Source of the DNA: Macrostomum lignano
Lineage: Eukaryota
Reading direction: 5' to 3'
Assembly (NCBI GenBank): GCA_002269645.1
Contig: NIVC01000741.1
Coordinates: 310,001 to 374,000, forward strand
DNA length: 64,000 nt
The notes below the pieces were generated by a model. The model did not search any database and was not told the origin of the DNA. It was given only the letters and a program-made list of their open reading frames with translations. Below, piece by piece: positions 54,397-64,000 of this stretch. A program made the position numbers and the translations under genes. Within the stretch, counting starts at the first letter, position 1. Each line of letters begins with the position of its first letter.

Positions 54397-55570
54397 GGTT
54401 CCTGGACACTTCGTCATCCACTCATATTTCTAGACACTTCGTCATCTTACCACTTCGTCATCTACGATACTATTGTGGACACATCGTCATCTACTCCCTG
54501 GACACTTCGTCATCCACTTTGTCTAAAAAACTTAGCTATATGTAACTTCGTCAGCTAAGTTGTATCGAGTAGTCATAAATATAGGTGGCTACACTGAGGA
54601 TTAACTAACTGATTAACTAACTGATAATTAATGAGGATTAACTACAACGGGGGAAGAGCTGGAGAAGAGAAGAGATCGCGATCGCGATCAGTACAAAATT
54701 GAATTCTACTCGCGGTTTAAATCATACAATATCTTGGAATCATACAGTAAAACAAAAATAACAATAAATTGGAAATATGCATGCCTAAATAGCAAAATTA
54801 AATGAAAATTAAAAAAAACATAATAATAAATACACAAAAACACACTATTCATAAACATATTTAAATCTACATCGTTACAACTCCACACATGTTTGTGGAA
54901 GCGAAGCTATAATAAAATTACAATGAACACTTGTACACATACAGCGTGCATTTAGATGCCAATTATAGCGAGAAGTTGAATCCCTAAACGTGTATTTAAT
55001 CCTATATTTTACAGACTATTGATTGAGAAACAATTTACATGCAAAAAAAAACAATCGAATAACAATTTTCCCGTACAACAATCCGACGTCGCACCGACCT
55101 CTGAACCGACGTCGTACGACGTCTATGTAACATTACGTGTTTCCTATTGGTCGGACGTCGGGCCGACGTCGAAGTCGTAGTCCAAAAATTTATTTCGCGC
55201 TGCTTTAACATTTATTTTCGCGGGATGAACTGGCAAGCAATACTGTTACGCTTAATTTAATTATTTAAGGCGAATAACGTGAATTAAGGCGAATTTAATT
55301 TTTCGACTACGACTTCGACGTCAGCCCGACGTCCGACCAATAGGAAACACGTAATGTTACATAGACGTCGTACGACGTCGGTCAGATACGTCGGATTGTT
55401 GTACGGGTTTACAGCTTTGAGAAATCTTGGGATGACGAAGTGTCCTCAAAATTTGGTCACTTCGTCATCTAGATTTCTAACATTTTTTTTGTATGACGAA
55501 GCGTCCAAAAACCATGGTCACTTCGTCATCTGGATGACGAACTGGTAAGATGACGAAGTGTCCAGGAACC
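54397..55570. mobile_element. MITE with GGTT..AACC ends and an 8-bp TSD CAAAAAGT
   Basis: TIR GGTTCCTGGACACTTCGTCATC; internal CACTTCGTCATC repeats; TSD at 54389-96 and 55571-78. Confidence 0.87.
55070..55407. mobile_element. Foldback MITE nested in the 54397-55570 element
   Basis: Long (>100 bp) inverted repeats cccgtacaacaatccgacgt...acgtcggattgttgtacggg, rich in GACGTC; flanked by ttt/ttt; TSD ambiguous. Confidence 0.8.
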
Positions 55571-57366
55571 CAAAAAGTGGCCAAGCGATTCTCACTGAAC
55601 TGCTGAACAGGCTGTTGACAACGGACAAAGTAGCCAGAAGACTTGGTAGTTAGGAAGTTTATATTAATATCTTTGAGGACGGGGGCCGGCTTGGAAACGA
55701 AAACTTTTCGCTCGGTTCTTCATACCTCGGGGCGGGCACTCCGGTGAACCCAACAGCCGGTGAATTCAGTAGTTAGTGGGGCGGGCGGCCGCCGGGGGTT
55801 GTTTCTTGCCGCGTTCAAATCGGTGCTGGATTTCCGGCGGTTCGACAAGTTAAACAAACTCGGGGTGCAGATTGGAGCTCAGGCTGCTAAGTTCCTCAGG
55901 CTCAGGGAGTGGGTAGCTGTGGTCGTAGCCGGGCGGTCTTGTTGTTGCTGTCTCTTTCAATGCCAATTGCAGATTAGTCGCTACCGCGGAGAACTTAATA
56001 AAATAAACGAATTCGCTAAATATAGTACCAGAAGTAGTAGGTCGCTGCCACCACCGCAGTAATTCACGAAGAAAAGCTTTAAGACGTAATTAGCTTGAAA
56101 TAACCTAAGCACTTCTCTTTGATTAGACTGCAAGGGGTCGATTAATGCTTTCCGACGTCACAAAAGCTTGACAATTAAACAGCTTAGGCCCCCCACTCCT
56201 GTCAGATGGTCAGCCCCATGGTAGCTTGATCGTGTGGCGAGCAGTCTAGGTCCTATAGCTAAGAGAGGGACAGCGAGAGACAAGCAGGGAGAATTTTGAA
56301 GGTAGAAATTAGCTAATCCGTAGACTAAGCTAACTCGCTGCAACCAGCCCGTGCGTCCTGGCTCACCACACCGGGACTCTCGAAATCGGGCTTCCGACTA
56401 GAAGGGGCTTTGCACTTACCTGCCAACTAGTGTCTTTTTGCTGTCAATCTCGAAGTCATAGCCGATGTTAAGGGACACTGCTGGGACTAGATCGCATTGG
56501 CCATGCAGGTACAGAGCAAGGACAATTGAAGTTACGTTATATCTAAGCTACTTCAGTTGTCCTTGGTACAGAGGGGACTTGTGCAGGGGATTCTTGCGGT
56601 GGCGAGTCTATGGGGTAGCTACATGTACTATTACATTGCTAAATACGAAGATATGTACTTTTGGCCTTCTACGCGCCAACTAGCCTCTCCTAGCGCTGAT
56701 GATAGACTAACTCAAACTTCAGAGACCGCATGATTCATTACCCGAGCCGCTTGGCGAACCTAGAGTGCACAAAGTACATCTCTGGCGCCGATTCTGCACT
56801 ACTGGCAATTTTGCTCACTGATTTGATAGATTGATTGACTGAGAACTGCCTTGCCATTGGTCCACAGCTCTTATTAAATAGAAAGTGAAGATAATGAAGA
56901 GAAATCGCTAATCGCTAATCCCAAAGTTACTTTTAGGGGTAAAACGCATAGCTGTCAAAGCTGTCACACGCTTGAGTGAACACGAACAATAGGCTCTGAC
57001 CTCATAAATCTTGATGGCCTGTCAAAATGATGAGAAAAAAGCTACCGCCCGCATCCTCTCAGACCATCTGGTGCCCGCCTCAACACTGAGTGAGGCGCAG
57101 GTGGCTGTCAGACCAGCCTCGAAAGCGATGATTTATGACCCAAAAAGCTGCGCCTACGTTATTATGACTACTAGTACGACCAGACATTATATCTAGTATA
57201 GATTCTATGACTATTCGCAGAAAAAGGATAAAAATGCCCATTGCCCACTGTTAGTAGGCTAGTAAGTTTAGAGCCCATGTGCTAGCGCGGGGTTTGGAAA
57301 AAAGCGCGTCCTCATCACTTTCATCGTAGTACTATTAGATGCCCACTCCGATCTTTTAGCAGGTGT

Positions 57367-57545
57367 CAGGGACTACTCAAACACCGGGACGGGAAACTAG
57401 GAATTTTTTACGAGGCTGGTCTTTTATCAGCAGTAGAAAATAACCATAGACAACAAAGTAACACAGCATCTATCTAATGAAAATAATTGCCAGCCAGCCT
57501 CGTAAAAAAATTTTGTTTCCCGTCCCGGTGTTTGAGTAGTCCCTG
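57367..57545. mobile_element. hAT-type MITE, 179 bp
   Basis: Perfect 31-bp TIR CAGGGACTACTCAAACACCGGGACGGGAAAC; 8-bp TSD GCAGGTGT. Confidence 0.92.
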
Positions 57546-57764
57546 GCAGGTGTTAAAATATATACAGTATATATGCAGAGCTATACTTGTATGAAGCTAG
57601 CTTAATTCTCTTGACGCACGCGACATGTGTTGACAAGTCGAAAATCAGCACTCTAGATTAAAGCCTTGTACGAGTTATTCACGGTAAATTGTGTTTTTTC
57701 TTCATAAGGCAATTTTTTACCATGGATTGAATATTTAAATTTTATATATTCCTTCTGTAATCGC

Positions 57765-59033
57765 CAGTGTTGTGCAAGTTACTTTGAAAAGTAACTTCCA
57801 GTTAAGTAACTTCCGGTTCCAAGGAAATTAACTTCCGGCACTTGTTCGGGTACCGGTACTTTTTGTAAAATGTTAATTTTAAAGAACCGCCAATTAAAAA
57901 GTGTTCAAGCATGTCTTTATGAAAAAAAACAAAAAGTATTTGTTGGTCTAGAGTTAACATGCTGTTATTCCTCAAATCGCATCCAAAATTTGAGTGAATA
58001 AACAAAACCTTTACAAAACAAGGATTGCACTATCTGATATATCAGGAGGCTACACTCGCGATTCATAGAAAAGATTTTGGAGGCCGATTTTCAAATGTTG
58101 ATTCTGACTCTTAAGAAGTACTCTATATTTGGAGATAATTTTGTCTAATAGGTGTGTCACAATGGGTAGAATACTTCAGACGAATTTTAGTTTTTGTGGG
58201 TCATTCCCGTCGCCCTTACTAGTATTGTGCTGTAATTTTACAGCAGCTATTTTACAGTAGTGTAAGTATACTTTTGTACAGCTGACTCATTTAGAATCAA
58301 TGATAATCTTCTGGCAGCCTTGCCAGTTAACAGTTAACCACAGTTAATACCAGTTAAAAATTAAGAAAAAAGATACCAGGACAACAAATGGATGGTATTT
58401 GAAAGCTGGATCAATGCACAAGACTAAATAACTTAGTGCCATGCGCTAGCTGCAATTAGAAAATTATAATACGCCTCAAAAGAGTTGAAGTCAAAACACT
58501 TTTAGAATGCATCACTCGTGTCGTCCTGCACGAACATCGAAATTAAGAAATCGGCCTTCAAAATATTTTCCACGAATCAGGAGTGTAGTGTCCTGGCGTT
58601 ATCCTTGTTAGAAAACTTGCAAGGAGTTGGTAAAGGATGTTTATTGTTTTGAAAGTGTCTTGTTTCAGCATTAGTAGTTACCAATAATTACTTTAATTCT
58701 ATGATTCTATGATTCTTAAAACGTGCTTTAACTTAGAAAGTAAAAATCACACGAACTAGGATCATCTCTTTTTTACCTTTTTTATAATTGTGCTATGATT
58801 TTTTGGTGAAAGTTTTGCGCTTTTGGGAAATATTTAGTGCTAAATTGGCTGTTTGGCACCTAAAATTCATTTTCAAGTACCGGAGGACTGCGGACTTGTC
58901 AAAAAGTAACTTCTGTTACTTAAGTCCGGCATTCTGAAAAAAGAACCGGAAAAAACTGCCGTTTAAAAAAAAGTAACTTCCGGTACTAAAAGTGCCGGAA
59001 GTGCCGGAAGTGCCGGAACTTTGCCCAACACTG
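57765..59033. mobile_element. Old hAT-like non-autonomous element, probably with a nested degenerate MITE (~58043-58596)
   Basis: CAGTGTTG(T/G)GCAA termini and subterminal AAGTAACTTCCGG repeats at both ends. The TSD is not conserved. An internal ~70-bp degenerate inverted repeat is present. Confidence 0.55.
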
Positions 59034-59508
59034 GTGAAGTTTTAATCAAGGATGATTAAAAATAGCTAAGCCAATTCGTGCACGTCAAATTAAAAAACGT
59101 TTATTAGCCAGCAGTCCAACGTGAGCTGCTTTGTCAGTCACAGCTAGCCATGCACAAGGATCCCCTGCTAAAAAGTCCTTCAGCTGCTTGGTGTAGGAGA
59201 CTCCCCATGAATGCCCGAGGGCAAAGCAGAGTCCCGTCTTCGGCTAGCTCAAACACTCCCGATCATCAGAATCCGCCAAGTTAAAGTGGAAGAGACGGTG
59301 TGCCTGCTCATAATTGGTGGTGGCATCCTTCCTAGCTACAGCGGCCAGCAAGAGCAGTCGGGGGTCCGAAAGTTTTAGGTGAATTGCATTTTCAGCAAAT
59401 TGCATGGGAAATAAGTAACGGTTACATCACCCACCCGAGTCGAGTCACCATCACGTTGTCTATAAAAGTTATAGAATTATGCACATGTACATGTACATGT
59501 ATTGCAGT

Positions 59509-61055
59509 CATGGCGTCGCCATGGATTTTATGGTGGGGGGGGGACAAAGCCAAGAATCCAACATGTTCATGTACATGACTAAATTTTGGCACTCATTTTG
59601 GCGTCACAGGGACTCCTTTTGGCGCCGCAGGCACTCATTTCGGCACCGCAAGCATTCCTTTTAACGCCGCAGGCACTCATTTTAGCGCCTCAAGGCACTC
59701 ATTTTAGCGCCGCAGGCACTCATTTTAGCGCCTCAAGGCACTCATTTTAGCGCCTCAAGGCACTCATTTTAGCGCCGCAGGCACTCATTTTAGCGCCTTA
59801 AGGCACTCATTTTAGCGCCTCAAAGCACTCATTTTAGCGCCTCAGGCATTCATTTTAGCGTCTTAAGTCACTCATTCTAGCGCCTCAGGCACTCATTTTA
59901 GCGTCGCAGGCACTCATTTTAGCGCCTCAAGGCACTCATTTTAGCGCCTCAAAGCACTCATTTTAGCGCCGCAGGCACTTATTTTGGCGCCTCAAGGCAC
60001 TCATTTTAGCGCCTCAAAGCACTCATTTTAGCGCCTCAAAGCACTCATTTTAGCGCCGCAGGCACTCATTTTAGCGCCTCAAGTCACTCATTTTAGCGCC
60101 GCAGGCACTCATTTTAGCGCCTCAAGGCACTCATTTTAGCGCCGCAGGCACTCATTTTGGCGCCACAGGCACTCATTTTAGCGCCGCAGGCACTCATTTT
60201 AGCGCCTCAAGGCACTCATTTTAGCGCCTCAAGGCACTCATTTTAGCGCCTCAAGGCACTCATTTTAGCGCCGCAGGCACTCATTTTTGCGCCACAGGTA
60301 CTCATTTTAGCGCCGCAGGCACTCATTTTGGCGCCGCAGGCACTCATTTTGGCGCCACAGGCACTCATTTTGGCGCCACAGGCACTCATTTTAGCGCCGC
60401 AGGCACTCATTTTGGCGCCACAGGCACTCATTTTAGCGCCTCAAGGCACTCATTTTAGCGCCGCAGGCACTCATTTTAGCGCCGCAGGCACTCATTTTAG
60501 CGCCGCAGTCACTCATTTTAGCGCCTCAGGCACTCATTTTAGCGCCGCAGTCACTCATTTTAGCGCCTCAGGCACTCATTTTAGCGCCGCAGTCACTCAT
60601 TTTAGCGCCTCAGGCACTCATTTTAGCGCCTCAAGGCACTCACTTTAGCGCCGCAGGCACTCATTTTGGCGCCTCAAGGCACTCACTTTAGCGCCGCAGG
60701 CACTCATTTTAGCGCCGCAGGCACTCATTTTAGCGCCGCAGTCACTCATTTTAGCGCCTCAGGCACTCATTTTAGCGCCGCAGTCACTCATTTTAGCGCC
60801 TCAGGCACTCATTTTAGCGCCGCAGTCACTCATTTTAGCGCCTCAGGCACTCATTTTAGCGCCTCAAGGCACTCACTTTAGCGCCGCAGGCACTCATTTT
60901 GGCGCCGAAGTCGCTGTATTCTGGCGCCCTGAAGAAACATTATTGATTACCACAACGACTCACAAGGTGGGGAGAGACAAAACATTGGCATGTCCCCCCA
61001 GAGCTTTTACTGGGGGGGACATGTCCCCCCTGTCCCCCCGGTGGTGACGCGCCTG
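59509..61055. mobile_element. hAT-like non-autonomous element carrying a minisatellite
   Basis: Ends catggcgtcgcca and tggtgacgcgcctg (imperfect TIR), G-run subterminal motifs, flanks attgcagt and gttacagt (6/8 match to an 8-bp TSD). Confidence 0.6.
59580..60910 (+). repeat. 21/22-bp minisatellite (ggcactcattttagcgccgca / ..gcctcaa)
   Basis: About 60 copies. Confidence 0.96.
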
Positions 61056-61924
61056 GTTACAGTACAATATCCAATATGTACAATTAGTGTCATTTGTTTT
61101 ACAATATCCATGGCTACATGTAAAGCGAGAGTCCCTCAATAGATTCTGTTGTGTTCGAGCTACGGGATACCTAAAATTAATCCTAACATTAACCGTAACA
61201 GGGCCCCAAGACTTGAGTGAGTCCTCATCATGCGAGTGTATGTAACACTTTGCATGTATGTATAATCTAATAATCTGCAGAAAAAGAATTTTTTCAACTT
61301 TCAAACAAGACAGTGTATTTTGCAGAGGGAGCGGCACACAAAAAAGCGCGGCAATACATTGCACTTTTTAGATTAGTCGGTATAATATAACATAACAGCG
61401 TGAAAAAATCTAAACCGAGAAAAAACATTTTGCTTGAAACTTTTTTCAATCTACGAGCCAGCTAATTATTTACCTCAAAGTGCAGTAAAAACAGATAAAA
61501 AGAATAACTGGAAGGAACTTATATAACATGATAGAAATTCACTCGAGAAGTGTTAGTCTTGGAAAATAATATTTTTAGCTAATTTAACGTGATTAGCGGA
61601 TTCGCTAAGTTTTTTATTTGCTTGCCATAATTTTTTCACCATCTGATATTTAACTGAACTGAGAATACAGCTTCACTCGCCTTTGAACTCGAATGTTGCA
61701 GATTTTGGCAAAGTTTTCTAGAATGAGTCCACCAATTTGGGTGCATCAGGCATGCGGGAGGAGCGTCGGTCGGGGAGTGCAAGGCTTGCAAGATACACAT
61801 GTATTGTGTAATTTTATTAATAAAGTCTTTCGGTTAGGTATAGAGAAATTCAATAAACAATACTGCTTCCTTACTGAGTTCGTAGGCAGAGGTTAAAGAG
61901 AATCAGTGATACAAATTTTGTTAG

Positions 61925-62236
61925 AAATTAAATATCGCAGAGTTCACACTAAAACAATTAAATATCGCAGAGTTCACACTAAAACAATTAAATATCGCAG
62001 AGTTCACACTAAAACAATTAAATATCGCAGAGTTCACACTAAAACAATTAAATATCGCAGAGTTCACACTAAAACAATTAAATATCGCAGAGTTCACACT
62101 AAAACAATTAAATATCGCAGAGTTCACACTAAAACAATTAAATATCGCAGAGTTCACACTAAAACAATTAAATATCGCAGAGTTCACACTAAAACAATTA
62201 AATATCGCAGAGTTCACACTAAAACAATTAAATATT
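61925..62236 (+). repeat. 30-bp minisatellite (aattaaatatcgcagagttcacactaaaac) x10
   Basis: Perfect copies. Confidence 0.96.
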
Positions 62237-63186
62237 GTTTCTGATTTCCGTCCTCTTTTAGTCGAAAACTGATCAGGCGGCGCGGCCGGTGGACCCGCCG
62301 GCGGAATTCTCAGCTGTCGGCCCCGCCACCGGGTCGTAAAAACGAACTCTTCCTGCGAATATGGCGCAATTTTTTCACGTTTTGCGCAGCGACTTGATCC
62401 AAAGAAAACCCGGTTTAAACAATCCCCGATGCCAGAGGAACTCGTGAAACTCACTGAATGTCTTGAAGGTTTTAATACTCATAGGTCATAACCCACCATT
62501 GGCATGTCTAGTCGGAAGTGACAGAACTTGTGCAAACCAGGCAATGTGTTGGATAAATTGGTAAGTTTAAATTTCTTCAGATTTAATTTTTGAAAAAATG
62601 CGACATTCAACTTTGGCAAAAGCGGACGAATTTTGGCAACACGGTCATCTGAAAGGCAAACTGTAACAAACGAACGAGAAAGGCAAGATACAAACAGAAG
62701 AGTAGTCAATGTCACTGCTTCATTGATCCAGATGTTACTTTTGAAGTCATTCAAAAAGCATTCGCTATCAATGTCATTGACACTGGCGAGCGTAGTCAAG
62801 ACAGCGGGGTCCATAGCTCAGCACGTACGCTCGTAATCGTGCCAATTCCGACATTTTTCGGAGGTGATGAAACTAGATGACGCTGCCTCTACTTGAGCCA
62901 TCAGAATAGTGAGGCGACGATGTTGTAACGTCTCACCAGATTGCGCTGCAGTCTGCCTGTCCTCAAGCTCGTGCACTGGGTCAGTTCCTCTTTCAGATCA
63001 TCCTTCGCAATTCGCCCACTTTTGCCAAAGTTGAATGCACGCTTTAACTGATGATAACCATAGGCATATTGCCCGAAGGTTATTATATTATCAATGGGCT
63101 TGCCAAAATTAAGGTCAATTTTGCCAAAGTCGAAAATGAAATGGTATACTACAAGCAATTAACACAATAACTGAGTGAAACCCAAC

Positions 63187-64000
63187 CTGCCGTGTACGGC
63201 TCCTCAGTCCTATACGGCGTGTGAAGATTCGGTTCACGTTTCCGCCACCTGATGTGCACGATGTAGACCTGTGCAGTGGAGCATTGGTGAATCATTACAA
63301 ATCTTCAGAATAACTATAAACTTATTAACTTCATTTCTTTTAATATCAATCAATAAGGCTTACGGAGACAAAAATGATGAGCACAAAGAGGAAAAGTCCA
63401 CCAATAACCGCCACCAGAATAATAAGGACAGTGTAATCCTGAGACGGAGTTGCAGTGACTCTGGTTGCTGTTGTGCCAGCCATGACACTTCCCGTTGTGG
63501 ATGCTGCCTGTGCTGTTGTTTCGATGGCTGCAACAGAAGAGCTCGTACCGGCAAGGGTCGTAACAGCTGAGGTGTCGTGACAGAAAAATTGTTACAAAAA
63601 ATAAATTTCTAGGTTAATATTTAAGCCGCTACTTACCAGAAGATCCAACGTTATCGACAATGACACCGCCCAGATCCGTCGCTTTAAGACTTTCAGAAAG
63701 AAGTTTAATAATAGCATCGGCCGTGTTTGTCAGCGTGTCTCGAACCACAAGGTTTCCACTGATAACAACACTTCCCGACTTAAACTGTAAGTTTACTGCA
63801 TTTTGCAGTTCACCATTAAGCGAAGTTGACCTGGATGATTTCATAATGGTCTCGAAGGCGTAGTTAGCCAGCTGCTTGTAGCGCCAACTGTTCGGGTCTG
63901 CATAGTCATCGAACCACTGCAAATTTGAAAAGCGGAACGAGAACGGCACGGTCTTGACGTTCTTAAACACAGGCTGGTAGTTGGACGGACAGATGCAAGA
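63187..64000 (-). CDS. SEA-domain, mucin-like type I membrane protein (partial; exons >64000-63637, 63566-63364, 63268-63187; 5' end outside the window, last exon uncertain)
   Basis: SEA fold with the autoproteolysis motif LQFKSGSVVI; S/T/A-rich stalk; TM VLIILVAVIGGLFLFVLIIFVS|VYIV followed by the basic stop-transfer HIRWRKR; GT..AG junctions keep the frame. Confidence 0.8.

Noticed and set aside
55680-56060. GC-rich island with a 100-aa ORF
   Set aside because: No start or splice context and no recognisable homology on either strand.
59391-59405. AATTGCATG and other short SL-like words (also actcaattt near 29967)
   Set aside because: Matches of 9 nt or fewer that are not adjacent to a gene start are expected by chance.
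62479-63158. Minus-strand ORFs (85 and 111 aa) downstream of the SEA gene
   Set aside because: They could be further exons, but that needs a 38-nt intron and I recognise no domain; left unassigned.

Overview
Eukaryotic (animal) genomic DNA, most likely a macrostomid flatworm such as Macrostomum. The assignment rests on GC-rich exons, minisatellite-filled introns, splice acceptors just upstream of start codons, and a 17-nt match to the Macrostomum spliced leader as I recall it. Spliced genes reconstructed by hand: a tetraspanin (+), ARF6 (-), a GPI-anchored protein with two Ly6/uPAR-like domains (+), a co-directional minus-strand cluster UBFD1-ZCCHC4-CSTF2-RBM7-NUBP2 that looks like an SL-trans-spliced operon, and the 3' part of a SEA-domain mucin-like membrane protein (-). 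Mobile DNA: two Ty3/Gypsy (Mag/K02A2.6-like) LTR elements, one nested in the 5' LTR of the other, both with identical LTR pairs and disrupted pol; at least eight MITE-like insertions, most with recognisable TIRs and TSDs; and a probable tRNA-derived SINE. About 25 distinct tandem arrays are present, including a 5-kb higher-order array. The most notable signals are a genomically encoded spliced-leader 3' end fused in frame to CSTF2 (possible retroposed trans-spliced mRNA, a 'relict SL') and a ZCCHC4 first exon that appears to need the SL-terminal AUG as its start codon. All calls were made by eye, without database searches.
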